This document shows, piece by piece, positions 39,042 through 53,138 of a stretch of DNA of 64,000 bases. Within the stretch, counting starts at the first letter, position 1, and every line of letters starts with the position of its first letter. The notes below the pieces were generated by a model, which saw only the letters and a list, made by a program, of their open reading frames with translations, ran no database searches and was not told the DNA's origin. The translations under genes and the position numbers were made by a program. Origin of the DNA: Octopus sinensis (lineage: Eukaryota). The DNA is taken from the NCBI RefSeq assembly GCF_006345805.1, contig NC_043002.1, positions 66,092,001 through 66,156,000 on the forward strand. The letters are read 5' to 3'.

Positions 39042-39530
39042 TCTACACACCCATACCATATGTATATGCATATTTATGTCATGCATGTAGACATCAGCCA
39101 ATTTCCCAATGTGTCATTGCTGAAAGTCACTGTCTATATTATTGTTATGAGAAAAGAAAGAAAGAAAGAAAGAAAGAATAAAGAAAGAATGAAAAAAAGA
39201 AAGAAAGAAAGAAAGAAAGCTCATTTTAAGTAAAAAAATGTTTTCTAGTGTATTAAAATTGTTTTATCAATAGGGTTTCATGACATGGATACAAGCTATC
39301 TGTGTTTTTTATTCAATGTTTCGTATTACAAGTATTATGTCTTTGGCAAGGCTGTTCAGTTAACAAGATCACTTTAGAACCACATGGTTTCAGGTTCAAA
39401 CACACTGTGTGGCACCTTGCACAAATGTTTTCTGCTATTTCTTGGAGGCTGACCAATGCCTTTTGACTGTGAGGAAGCCTTTCATGTATGTATATGTGTA
39501 CATATATGTATATATACATATATATATATA

Positions 39531-40538
39531 TCTATATATATAAAACTGTAGTTGTGTGAGTGTCTGTCCCCTTCGATTTAGATTCCTAACTACTCCCACA
39601 TTTTGCGGTGCAGTTTAACCAAATTCGGGTATCTTATAGTCATGATTCATATCGAGCCTGTCTGGGTATTAGCGCGCGTCTACGATGAGTCTATGATTTT
39701 AAAAATAATTTAACATCATTTTTTATTCCATTTTAATGCATAATTTTTCGTGTGTCGATGGCGGCGGAGTTGGCGTCTACGCTCACACCTGCACCTGTGT
39801 TGCTTCTCCCCCTTCTTCCCTCCCTCGTGAAGCTGTGGGGAAGGGTTGTGTAAGGAAATCAACATCGTAATGCGTTGTCAAGGAGACCAGCGTTCTTTTA
39901 GAACAACGACTTCATGGCTTGAAGTCGCCAAAACAGAAATCGCTAAAAAAGCTGAAACAGATCCACAAAAACGGCAATTACCGCCACACAGGGCAGGTTT
40001 CCTGTGCAAACAATTTGCACAACCGAATGTTTTAGTTGTTGCACAAATCTTTATATATAAAAGTAAGGTTGTGTGTCTGTCTCCTACGATTTAGATTCCT
40101 AACTACTCCCACATTTTGGGGTGCAGTGTAACCAAAAGCAGGTATCTTATAGTCGTGATTCACATCGAGCCCTTCTGGGTATTAACGCGCGTCTACGATG
40201 AGTCTACAATTTTAAAAAAAATTACCATTTTTTATTCCATTTTAATGCATTTTTCGCTATTATATAAGGGAAGTAACTCTCTAAAAATGTCTACGATGAG
40301 TCAACGATTAAAAAAAAATTACCATCATTTTTTATTCCATTTTAATGCAATTTTCGCTATTATATAAGGAAGTAACTCTCTAAAAATGTCTACGATGAGT
40401 CAACGATTAAAAAAAAATTACCATCATTTTTTATTCCATTTTAATGCATTTTTTGCTATTTTTTTTGCTATAACTCACTAAAAATGCTTATATAGTTATT
40501 TCCCTTACAAACCCGAGCAACGCCGGGCGATACTGCTA

Positions 40539-40539
<1 letters not shown>
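39531..40539 (+). mobile_element. Compound non-autonomous Helitron
   Basis: A|TCtatatatataaaa 5' end at 39531, a second TC end at 40048, 3' hairpin cccgagcaacgccggg then CTAG|T; internal ~100-bp tandem repeats. Confidence 0.9.
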
Positions 40540-40581
<42 letters not shown>

Positions 40582-40759
40582 TAATAATAAGGGTTTTTTG
40601 CAACAAGTTATTATTATAATTATATAATTATATAATTATTATATAATTATTATTATAATTATATAAATTCTTAACGAATATGGTCCTTTTCCATACCGAA
40701 ATACTACTAGGTGAAATTTGTTGATTTTATTAAATTAATTATATTTCACCCTATATCTG

Positions 40760-40813
<54 letters not shown>

Positions 40814-40875
40814 ATATATATTTATGATGTTTCTTTTCAGATATCATCAGAAAAATGTAATTAAAATTCATTAAA

Positions 40876-41886
40876 ATGACAGATCTATTGGACTTTCAAA
40901 GAAGTCAAATTGTTGGTACTCGTATGGCAGGCGCTAGAGTAATGAAAAGAGCCGAAATTTATGGTGTATCAGGAAGTACCGTCTCAAAAGTAATAACAGC
41001 CTTTGAGAAAGAAGGAAAAACCTCCTCGTTGAAACAAAAGTCTGGAAAAAGACCAAAACTTTCAGATAGTGACTGTCAGACTCTTACACAGATTGTTAGA
41101 AAGGATCACAAAAGTATAGCTTCCAAAATTACTGCAGAGCTTAATGACCACCTCGAGAACCCAGTTTCCACAAAATCTGTTGGCCAGGAGCTGCACAAAA
41201 CCGAGTTTCACAGGAGGGTTGCAATCAGGAAGCCACTACTTCCAAAAACAAATGTTGCGAAGTGTTTAGAGTGGAGTAAAAACCTACAGAATTGGTCCCA
41301 GGAGCAATGGAAGAATCTTATTTTCTCGGATGTGTCATCGTTTACCTTATTTCCAACCACCAGCCGTGTATATGTGTGGAGACAGCCAAAAGAAGCATTT
41401 AACCCAGGCTTCTTTCTTCCAACTGTTAAACATGGAGAAGGATCTGTGATGATCTGGGAGGCTATATCTTGGAAATCCACCAGCCTAATGTTTTCCCTTC
41501 ATGTCAGAATTAATAGTCAAGACTATTTAAGCATTTTATCTGATCACATTCATCCTATGGTTGCAGAACTGCTTCCAGAGGGAAATGCAATATTTCAGGA
41601 TGATAATGCACCAATTCACAGATCTAAAGTTGTTACTGAATGGCACGAGGAACATTCTACTGAAGTCGAGCATCATATCTGGCCATCATAGTCGCCAGAC
41701 CTAAATATAATTGAACATTTATGGTGCATTTTAGAAAAACAAGTAAGGAGTCAATATCCTCCACCATCATCACTACAAGAACTGGTGACTATTTTAGCTG
41801 AAGAATGGACAAAAATTCCTTTGGAAATAATTCAAACTTTGTATGAGTCCATACATCAGAGAATTCAAGCTGTAATTACTACCAAC
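40876..41886 (+). pseudogene. Tc1-family transposase, DD36E spacing, one premature stop
   Basis: HTH N-terminus, IFSD, TVKHG.GSVMIW, FQDDNAPIH, WPS*SPDLNIIEHLW...EEW; the frame continues after the TAG at 41689-41691; no TIRs visible. Confidence 0.92.
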
Positions 41887-41898
41887 CACTGTGTGTGT

Positions 41899-41942
<44 letters not shown>

Positions 41943-44128
41943 TGTGTGTAAATATTTATGTATGCATGCATGTGTGTGTTGTGTTTGTCCCCATTACTGC
42001 TTGACAATTGGTGTTGGTTGGTTTGCATCCCTGTAACTTAACAGTTGAGCTTTAGAGAGGGAAAGAACAAGTACCAGACTTAGAAAATAGGTACTGGGGT
42101 TGATTTGTCTGACTAAAGCTGTCAATGTGGTACCCCAGCATGGCCACCCTCCAATGACTGAAACTAGTAAAAACTGATCCAGACAATGAACTATTTTAGA
42201 TGTTGCAATATCTGTGATAGAGGTGGGAATGCCATGGCTAGAACACTAATGAACTAATGAAGAGTAAACAACAGAAGCCCTTCATCATGGGGGATCTTCG
42301 TTAATTATTAAACATTATTAATTATTTCTTACAAAGCACAAAATATATAATTAGGTAGAAAGGGTTAGTTAATACCATTGACCCAGTACTTAGAAAGGTA
42401 CTTTATTTTATTGACCCCAAAAAGTTAGGTTACCCAGGACAGGATTTGAAACCAGAATGGAAGGAGCTGAAGAAATATTGCATAGCATGTTTTTCTGATG
42501 TTTTAACAATTCTTCCAGCTTGCCTTAAAATTTAAAAAAATGTCTTTTCCAGAACATTGTTGTAGGCTTGTTTTATTAATCCATCAACAGAGTCTCTGTG
42601 TAGTTGCTCAATGCATTGGACAGAGCAGTCAAATATCCCTCGAATCACATATGACTGTCTTGAAAAGGAAAAGAAGACACTGGATCATGTGATCTTGAAT
42701 ATGTAAATAGACAGGATGGTTATGGCTAGATCACATTCAGTCATAGGTCTGCTTGAGCAGGGATGATCTGCGATTAAACAACAACACTTCTCTTGTTTGT
42801 GTTTGCTGATTAATTCTTGCTTATGTTTAAGATGGAGTGATGTAAGTCTACTCAAGGAGATTACATCAATGCAACACAAGAACAATTATTCTAAACATCG
42901 TAACAGCAACAACAATAACAACCAGCATCTTGTTGGCAACAGCAAAACAGATTTGGTGCTGGGCTCTCAACCACTTTTATTTGTGTTTTTTATGTAAAAT
43001 TAGAACACTATACCAGGAAGTAGACCATTATGATTTCATATCCCCTTAGCTCAGTGGCTCTCGGTTTTATTTTCTCTTGACTTTGTGACACTCTAGAGAT
43101 TAAAAACAAAATTACTAACACGCTTTTGTTTTGAAAGTGAAAATAATTAATGGCACACTTCAAATGAGATGTAATTTTTCTTTTAAACAAAACTTTTAAA
43201 GTTTAACACCTAGGGAAAATATATATAAAAAAGTATTGTGTACTTTGTTTATCAATCAAAATTGTGTATAATGAAATTATGAATAAGTCTGTGAAAATCC
43301 ATTTTTGTGTCTTTTTGTGCTTGTTCCCCACCTGAACCACTTGACAGCTGAAGTTGGTTTATTTATATTCTGGAAATAGCAGTTTGGCAAATGAGATCAA
43401 TAGAATAAGCACCTAACTTAAAAATAAGTACTGGGGTTGTTTCATTTGACTAAAAAAATTTTCAAAACAGTGCCCCAGCATGGCCACAGTCTAATGATTA
43501 AAACAAATAAAAGATAGAAGTGATAGAGATGGGAACGGTGATTTCCCTTCACAAATACTGATTGGACACAGACAGTGTGTTGTTAGCCAGCTGGAGGAGA
43601 TGTCTTCCTGGGGTTATAAACAACAGTAGCATCATCCCCTATGGATCAGCCACATTTAGGTGGCAAATATACTTCACGATATCGTGCTGCTACTGTTTAC
43701 ATCTCACGCAGAGATTTATTATTGCTTGTTTCTCCTTTTTCAAGATCAGCAACAGTTTGTCACTGGGAAAAAGCATATAGTATTTTGTGTTTGGAATCAG
43801 CTCTAATCCCTAACGAGGGACATGTGTATGATGATGATACTCATTTCTATCTATTGCAAGATGTCAAGACAAGGAAGCACAAATGCAGGTACACATAGAC
43901 ACACTCACACATACATATGTGTGTGAGCATGTGTGTTTGTGTGTGTGTGTGTGTTATTGTTTAAAAACAGTTTGAGTGAGCCCCAGAAAACCGAAAGTTT
44001 TGTAGGTTCCTGTGATAAATCGATGAAATTTTAATTTGCACAGGGCTGAATCAAACTGCTTTAATTAATAATGTGTTTAATTCCTACCAAATGTATTGAG
44101 TCCTTCCTTCCTTCATTTGTCCACTTGT

Positions 44129-44159
<31 letters not shown>

Positions 44160-44527
44160 CACACACATATACACATATATACATACATACACACACATAT
44201 GCAATAATATATATATATATATATATAAAGATAGACACATATATAATACATATATGTGTGTGTGTTTGTGTGTGTCTGTGTATATACACCTAGATATACA
44301 TGAGTTTATATATGTATATGGACTAAACAGAACAGAAGGAGACATGTGGTATGGAGAGTCACTGAAGAGGTCACAAGTGTGTGACGACAGATTTCCAGAC
44401 AAAAGGACATAAAATAAGAACAATAATAAACAAGTGAAAAATGACTATATTGTGCATGTGTTTATCCGGGAAGAGAAAAATGTAACCATCCTAAAACATA
44501 ACAATATACATGTTTGTGAATGTATAT

Positions 44528-44575
<48 letters not shown>

Positions 44576-45758
44576 ATATTTAGAATCACTTTGTTGGCTA
44601 TGACGATGAGGATCCCAGCTGATATGATCAACAGAACAGCTTGTTCATGAAATTAATGTTCAAGTGACTGAGCACTCTACAGACACGTGTACCCTTAATG
44701 TAGTTCTCAGGGAGATTTAGCATGACAAAGAATGTGACAAGGCTGTCCCTTTGAAATACAAGTACTTCTGATTTTTTGCCAGCTGAGTGTGGACTGGAGC
44801 AATGTGAAATAATAAAGTGTCTTGCTCAAGGACTCAGCAAGTCGCTGCGAATTGAACTCATGATCATACGATTGTGATTCGAATACCCTAATCAATAAGC
44901 CACATGCCTTCACTTATGTGTCTGTATTTGTCCACCCACCCCCATCACCACTTGTCAACCAGTGTTGGTATATTTACATCCCTGTAACTTAGCAGTTTAG
45001 CAAAAGAGAGTGACAGAATAAGTACTAAGCTTTAAAAAATAAGTCCTGGAGTTGATTTGTTCAACTAAAAGCCTTCAAAGCAGTGCTCCAGCATGGTCAC
45101 AGTCAAATGGGTGAAACAAGCAAATGAATAAAAGAATATATATAAAAATGCATGTGTTCAAATTCCTCGGAGGTCAACTTTGCCTTTCATCCTTTTGGGG
45201 TCAATAAATAAATACCACTTATGTACTGCGGTTCATCTAAACGACTGCCCCCACCTCCCCTAAAATTTCGGGCCTTGTGCCTAGAGTAGAAAAGAATATA
45301 TATATGCATGTGAGTGTATGTGTGTGTGTGTGTATACATATATGATGGGCTTCTTTCAGTTTTTACCTCTTAAATCCATTCAAAAGGTTTTGCTTGACCC
45401 ATGATTATAGTAGAATGCACTTGTCCAAGGTGCCACACAGTAGGACTGAACCTGAAACCATGAGGTCGGGAAGTAAACTTCTTAACTATGCAACCATAGA
45501 CAGAGGTGGGGAGAGAAAGATTAGCTTTTTTTGTGTACTCTTTTACACTTTTATTTGTTTTAGTCATTTGACTGTGGCCATGCTGAAGCACCACTTTTAG
45601 TCAAGCAAATCCACCCCAGGACTTCTTCTTTATAAGCCTAGTACTTATTCTATTGTTCTCTTTTGCTGAACCACTAAGTTATGGGGACCCAAACACACCA
45701 ATATCAGTTGGCAAGCAATTGAGATGGGGTGGACAAACACAGACACACAAATATATAC

Positions 45759-45810
<52 letters not shown>

Positions 45811-45814
<4 letters not shown>

Positions 45815-47075
45815 ACGGAACGGACTGGAATCGCCCGTCGTCGCTCGTCCCGAACGGCTCACACAAGTTCCGCCACGGAGCCCAAAGAGGCGGAGAGAGA
45901 AGATACAGATAGATACTGCCACAACCTCAACAGCACAGAGATACAGAGGCACAACCCGAGATACAACCCAAAGAGGCAAGGCAACAACTGGCAACACTGG
46001 CTTATATTCAAACAACAGTTTATACGACAATTACAATTGCTACACATCAAATACATTTAAGGCAAACAACAAATCAATACATCATACGGTATACCACAGA
46101 TCAAAGCATTTAACAACATGCATGTAACAATATAACAGTGTTCAGTAACGACACAACAAGTCCAGATCAAATAATGTTCACGATACGTCACAGTCCAATC
46201 AGAACACTTCGATACATTATACAATGTTCGTATCACAACAATTCACATTACAATTCAACAAGTCCTTTACTCAATTCACAATGTCCTTTATCGACCACAT
46301 CGACAGAGTCCTTGACTGTTCTTTTCTGTCGGTCCGTATACACCGTGACACATATCAATGCACAAACACATACCTTAATTCCTAACTGAATCGCCAGTGT
46401 CCCATTCTGCACTCATCTCTGAATACTGCCAAATCCTCTGAATACTCTGCTAATTCCCCTCTGTGCATATTCCAATCGCTTGCCCCTAGGCCTCCTCGCA
46501 TCCCAGCTCGCTCCCAGGAATTCCAACGCTTGCTCCTTAAATCCAAGGTTCCATCCACTCGCTCTGACCTCCAGAGTCCGTCTGTCTTCTTCGAGGACCG
46601 GCCAGCGACTCCAAGATCCGTCTGTGTTCTTCGACGACCGCTCAACGACTGCCAAGACCTCACTTCGTCTCTGTGCTTCTTCCACTCCCTCATCTCCCTC
46701 TGTACCGCTCATACCCTCTCTAACTGCCCTGGTCCTTATACTCTATCTATATCCTCAATCTGTCCCTTACTGCTTATCCTTTCTATTTGCCCTCTGCTCT
46801 TACTCTATCGCTATCGCCTGCCAGACTCTTAGCCTCTCCATCCGTCCCTTTAGCCTTATACTCTATCTCTATTTGCTCTCAGCCCTTAATCTGTCTTCCT
46901 CTTTACTTCTTCAAGGGGTGCTCAGAATGACCTCCAATCGACCGCACAAGGTCACAGGTCATTCCAAAACCCATTAGTCCTCCATTAAACAAAAGACTGT
47001 CACTTTTCTACTAGACATGCCGGAACCATAATTCCAATGTGGGTCACCGGGAAATGCACCAGCTAAACCGTAACA
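45811..47075. mobile_element. Probable solo LTR (1265 bp) inserted in (TA)n
   Basis: TGTTACGG ... CCGTAACA termini, atat on both flanks, CpG-rich relative to its neighbourhood, no recognisable coding motifs. Confidence 0.7.
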
Positions 47076-47109
47076 ATATATATAATGTGGTCCATTTAAA
47101 AGTACCTTT

Positions 47110-47490
47110 CAATTGTCAGGCAATATGCAGTGCTTGAGAAAATATTTTGAGCCAAGCGAAATTGTTGTCATGGCCAAGGCCAGTGCTACTGACTGGCACC
47201 TGTGCCAGTGGCACATAAAAAGCATCATTTGAGGGTGGTCAATGCCAGTTACGCCTGATTGGCTCCCATGCCAGTGCCGCCTGATTGGCTCCCATGCCAG
47301 TGCCACCTGATTGGCCCACTCACTACACTCACAGAGTGGTTGGTGTTAGGAAGGGCATCCAGCTGTAGAAACCTTGCCAGAACAGATTGAAGTCTGGCGC
47401 AGCCTCCTGGCTTGCCATTCCTCAGTGAAACCATCCAACCCATGCCAACATGGAAAGCAGACATTAAAAGATGATGACAATGATGATGGT
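47110..47490 (+). mobile_element. RTE 3' UTR fragment
   Basis: ttaggaagggcatccagctgtagaaac...(gat)n. Confidence 0.85.
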
Positions 47491-47531
47491 ATATGTATAT
47501 GTTTGTATGTGTATGTGTGTGTATGTATACA

Positions 47532-47752
47532 TACTAGAGAATGTTGAAAAGTTCCTGGCTTTGGGTAAAAGAAAATACAGGAGGATCAGTTAATTATGAT
47601 TTTATTCAACATATTCCCTTCTTAGATTCACACAATTATTGCAGCAGTCCTTCAGTTTTTCTAAGCCTTGTTAAAGAACTCAAAATGATGGGCCTCCAGC
47701 CAGGCCTTTTGCGACACCCTTCACGCCATAAAGCTTCCAGTACTCCCTTCTA
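47532..47752. mobile_element. Degenerate mariner-like MITE
   Basis: Left end tac...tgaaaagttcctggc with an eroded right end. Confidence 0.5.
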
Positions 47753-47991
47753 TGTGTGTGTATATGAGTGTATTACAGTAATCAAAGCACATTGGGCAAA
47801 ATGCTTTGCAGCATTTTGTCCATCTGTGCGTTCTGAGTTCAATTTCCACTGAGGTCAACTTTGCCTTTCATCCTTTCAGTGTCAATTAATTAAGTACTAG
47901 TGAAACACAAAGACCAATGTAATCAACTAGCCCCCTCCCCTCAGATTTCAGGCCTTGTGCCTTTAGCAGAAATGATTATTTTTGTTATTGT

Positions 47992-48049
<58 letters not shown>

Positions 48050-48064
48050 ATATATATATATATG

Positions 48065-49095
48065 TATGCCGGTGGCATGCCCATGCTGGTGGTACGTAAA
48101 AAGCACCATCCGATCGTGGCCGTTTGCCAGCCTCGTCTGGCACCTGTGCCAGTGGCATGTAAAAGCACCCACTACACTCACGGAGTGGTTGGCATTAGGA
48201 AGGGCATCCAGCCGTAGAAACATTGCCAGATCAGACTGGGCCTGGTGCAACCTTCTGGCTTCCCTGACCCCAGTTGAACCGTCCAACCCATGCTAGCATG
48301 GAAAACGGACGCTAAACGATGATGATGATGATATATATATATATATATGCGTAGGTGTGACTGTGTGGTAAGAAGCTTGCTTCCTAACCACTTGGTTCCT
48401 GGTTCAGTTCCACTGTGTGGCACCTTGGGCAAGTGTCTTCTACTATAGCCTTGGGCCAACCAAAGCCTTTTGAGTAGATTTGGTAGAGGGAAACTGAAAT
48501 ATATATGTATATATTTGTGTGTTTGTGTCTGTGTTTCTGTTCCTTCACCATCGCTTGACAACCGATGTTGCTGTGTTTACGTCTCTGTAACTTAGAGGTT
48601 CGGCAAAGAAGACTGATAGAATAAATATTAGGCTTACAATGAATTAGACTGGGGCTCGATTTCTTCGACTAAAAGGTGGTGCTCCAGCATGGCCACGGTC
48701 AAAATGACTGAAACAAGAGTACATATATGGATACACACACACACAGATATGTAGTTAATTGTAGTTAAGATACCCGTGCTGGTGGCACATAAATAGCACC
48801 ATCCGAACGTGACTGATGCCAGTGCCGACTGACTGGCGTCCGTGTCGGTGACACGTAAAATGTACCATCTGATCGTGGCCGTTTGCTAGCCTCGCCTGGC
48901 CCCTGTGCCGGTGGCACGTAAAAATCACCCACTACACTCACGGAGTGGTTGCCGTTAGGAAGGGCATCCAGCTGTAGAAACACTGCCAGATCAGACTGGA
49001 GCCTGGCGCAGCCTCCTGGCTTCCCAGACCCCGGTCGAACCGTCCAACCCATACTAGCATGGAAAACGGACGTTAAACGATGATGATGATGATGA
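48065..49095 (+). mobile_element. RTE 3' UTR - SINE A - RTE 3' UTR cluster
   Basis: 48065-48330 and 48772-49095 match the RTE tail; 48349-48720 is SINE A. Confidence 0.85.
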
Positions 49096-49249
49096 TATAT
49101 ATATATAATATATAGTTGGACAGGAATGTATATAAAACTGAATGTGTTTATTTTGTGTGTCTATGTGTATCTACGTATACATGGATGTATGTTAAGCTTC
49201 ATCGGAATAAGTACCAGGTTGCAGTTGCGAGTTTTGAAGAACAACAGGT

Positions 49250-49780
49250 AGTTTCACCACCAACCATCACCATCGCTACCATGTTCTCTACAACAACTCT
49301 GAGGATTGCCGCCGCCACCACCACCACCACCACCAGCAGAAGCATAATCATCACTATGACAACCACCCAGACTACCATCGAGGCCACAACCATTACCATA
49401 GTCCTTACTACAAGCACTACCACGCCCGCCGCCACCGCCGCCGCAATAACCACTACGACTGTGAAGAGTACCACCTACACCAACACCGCTCTCACGCTGC
49501 CACGAATATGACGTACCTTACTACTACTACTACTACTACCACTACCATCACCACAACCACCACGACTGCTGCCTGCGCCTTCACAACTACAGCAATCACT
49601 ACCACCACCACCATTACCACAATCACCACCACCACCACTACCACTACCACAACCAACACCACTACCACCACCACTACCATCACCACCACCACCACCACCA
49701 CCACAAATATCTCCATCACCACCAACACCGCCCGTCACCACCGTGAATACCTCCACCACCACAACCATCGCTTCTCCACC
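49250..49780. repeat. Degenerate (ACC/ACT)n trinucleotide tract
   Basis: Direct reading. Confidence 0.9.
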
Positions 49781-49861
49781 CAAGCTGACAAAAGGAGTCA
49801 GTGACCTATATTCGTGTTGTCGGTGGACGGATGCCATTCGTCCCCACCCCCATTATCTTAC

Positions 49862-49933
49862 CTCATGCGTTCTTGATACTTGCTGGGTAAACGCATGAAT
49901 GCCACAGCTCAACTTTCCTTCTCTCCTAAAAAT
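49862..49933 (-). other. Candidate 72-nt (or 64-nt) exon
   Basis: gtttcAG (alternative tttttAG) ... GAG|GTAAGA; frame IFRREGKLSCGIHAFTQQVSRTHE. Confidence 0.35.
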
Positions 49934-51292
49934 CTGAAACTTCCTGCTTATATTAAGAAGCAAGAAGCTAGTCTGCCACAGCAGCAGCAGCTGTAGTAGT
50001 AGTAGTAGTAGTAGTAGTAGTTATTTAACCCACGGTCAGCCATAATGATTCAGCAGGCATATGAGCAAGGCGGCCCTAACATGACCATCCTGCCTTTTAT
50101 TCAAAGTGTGTTTCTAAAGACTACATTTATCCAATAGATTTTTTTTAACCCGGTAGTACGTGATTTGAGGTAGATTTAGTTGCTATTTCTAACAGGTCGA
50201 ACGACTTCCTAAAGTTCCCTCATTGACTTGGAGTAACAAAGAGTTGTGGCGAATCCAAGTCAGTCCTGCTTGGACAGATCAATGACCAAAGACGCTCCAG
50301 CTGTGACAATGCCATCGTTTTGTTCATTTAGGATTTACATGGGCCAAAAGGTGTCCTTCACATTTTTGTTATGCGTAGAATAAGGTTTGAAGGAATTTGA
50401 CTGCTATTTTTAGCATTTTGAGTGACCACACAGAGGTTCCCACGTTGGCTTGTGAATAATAATAGAAATTGCAGCAGCAGCAGCAGTAGTAGTAGCAGTA
50501 GTAGTAGTAGTAGCAGTAGTAGTAGTAGTAGTAGCAATATGAGGAAGGGTGTATATGGATGATCGACGTGTTATAAATAACAGTCAAATCCCTCTTTAAA
50601 AAAAATAATAAGGACATATTGGTTCAGATAGTCCAATAACAAGAAATGAAGGCGGGGTGGTCGCGATTGGAACCCACCCCCCATCCTTTGTTCATAGGTC
50701 TCTTGAATAAGAATATGACCTTGGGTTAAACAACAACATCGACAACAACGCTACAATGCAAGTTGTTGCAACAGCAACAGCAGCAGCAGCAGCGCCTGAA
50801 GGTAGTAGTAGTAGTAGTAGCACCACCAGCACCAACAACAACAACAACAATAACAACAACAGTCGTGAAATGCAAAAGCTGAGATAAATACTAAATATGA
50901 GATGATTTCCTTCTCTCTCTCTCCATCTCTCATTCTTCTTATCTCTTTATTTCTCTGTCATTCTTCCTATTGCTTTGTCTGTCTGTCTGTCTCTCTCTCT
51001 TAGTTTTCCTATCTTTCATCTTCTCTATTCTTCATTTACTCTTTATTTCTTACAATTTAAAGATTTCTTTCTTTTTTTCTCTTCTCACCCCCGTCTTTTA
51101 CATCCTTCTCCTTTTAGTCATCGTTATTTACTGGTGCGTTTTAGACAACTGGCATCAAAACAAAGAGCTGACGAAAATAACCAGTTTTCTCTGGGGGTAC
51201 TTACAGTCTTATTGTCTTTTCTAATCATTCTTTTTCAATTGTTTATCTTCTCTCTCTCTATCTATCTAATTATCTGTCTCTCTCTCTCTCTC

Positions 51293-51403
<111 letters not shown>

Positions 51404-52451
51404 TATGGTGTATTTAGGGCTAAAAATAACGACAGCAAGAAACCTATCTATGGTCATCATTAACTTCCTTAATGCTACCTACATTCAACTAATGAGTTGC
51501 GTAAGACATTTAATAAACCTAATGGAAACTTATATCAACATCGACTCGTATCACTCACGCTTTGTTTTTAAAAACCTCATCGATAATATCAGTAGAGGAA
51601 ATTTACGATAAGTTCGCCGCTTATTAACCAGTGAATTTAATATAAAAATAAAAGTACTAAGTAAGAAGATGCACAAGTTTATTAACATCAGAAGAAAGCT
51701 TCCTAGTTTTAAGCGTTCAACAGTTTACCCCTTACCATAAATAGTGAAAATTTTTTAACAGAAAATGTTAAATTACGTTGTAGTTTCCCCACCAATATGA
51801 TCTAAACCTAACTGATCCTGTAGAAACACCAATACATTTCCGTAAACTACGTCTCGTAATACAGAAGTGTTTATGCACAAAGCTGAAGCTTCTACGTCCA
51901 CCAAACCAAACCAAATCTCGACGCGATCCATAAACATTATAAAGGCAGGAGTGGGGAGATCAAATAAAGGTCTACAATCGTAGTTTTAGACACATCAGAA
52001 AGAGAAATGTAACAAAATTATCCGACTACACACGGCGATATAACGTGCAAGGCGCACTGCTTCTGACTCCCCTTATACCCAATTTTTATCTCTCTTGTTC
52101 ATTTATGCTCTGTCGCTCGTAGACCTTAATTTTACACATTCAGCTAAACATGTTCCCTTCATTTCTTTTCAGTTTTCGCAAATCCTCCGCGTTCAATATC
52201 TACACCAAGCAACAATATCTTAACCAGGCAACATTGTACTTTGTTCATAAGCATGATGCAATCTACCTTTCACTTGGAAAGAGACTCTTTGTTGCCAGCA
52301 GAGTTAAGAGCTCATCGAACCGTTTCCATGCCATTCTTACTATCTTTTGCCTCTTATCATTTACTTGTTTCAATCATTAGACTGCGGCCATGCTGGGGCA
52401 CCGAAACACCTTTTAATTAAATTACCAAAATAGAAGACGCTATCAATTATA

Positions 52452-52815
52452 GCTGTGGTAAGTAGCTTGCTTACCAACCACATGGTTCCTGGTTCAGTCC
52501 CACTACGTGGTACCTTGGGCAAGTGTCTTCTACTATAGCCTCGGGCCGACCAAAGCCTTGTGAGTGGATTTGGTAGACGGAAATTGAAAGAAGCCCGTCG
52601 TATATATGTATATGTATATGTGTGTGTCTGTGTTTGTCCCCCCAACATCGCTTGACAACCGATGCTGGTGTGTTTACGTCCCCGTTACTTAGCGGTTCGG
52701 CAAGACCGATAGAATAAGTACTAGGCTTGCAAAAAATAAGTCCTGGGGTCGATTTGCTCGACTAAAGACGGTGCTCCAGCATGACCGCAGTCGAATGATT
52801 GAAACAAATAAAAGT
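52452..52815 (+). mobile_element. SINE family A with CpGs retained
   Basis: gcctcgggccgacc, gacggaaa, gcccgtcg and atcgcttgacaaccgatg are intact. Confidence 0.9.
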
Positions 52816-53138
52816 AAAAGTAATTACTTTTAGGGGGCCCTTGAACTTTTATCCGGATGCTCTTCCTGCCAAGTACTCCTGAACATCTGCTGTGATGCCA
52901 AGGATGGCTTGTGTGCAAATAGTTTACATATAGGTGAGGTTGTGTCGTAAGAAGCTTGCTTCCCAAACATGATTTCGGGTTCAGTCCCACTGCGTGACAC
53001 TTTGGGTAAGTGTCTTCTCTCGGACCGACCAAAGCCTTGTGAGTGGATTTGGTAGAGGGAAACTGGAAGAAGTCCGTCATATATATGTTTGTGTGTGTCT
53101 TTGTGGCTATGTTTGTCTCTCTCGACAACTGGTATTGG

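Noticed and set aside
43562-43898. Plus-strand ORFs in unique sequence, including a possible MSRQGSTNA|gt first coding exon
   Set aside because: No recognisable homology and only a weak donor; cannot be distinguished from chance.
49116-49837. Thr-rich mucin-like or Gly-rich ORFs (also 31027-31254, and poly-D/M at 33719-34040 and 59166-59481)
   Set aside because: Trinucleotide repeats open in many frames on both strands, with no domain context.
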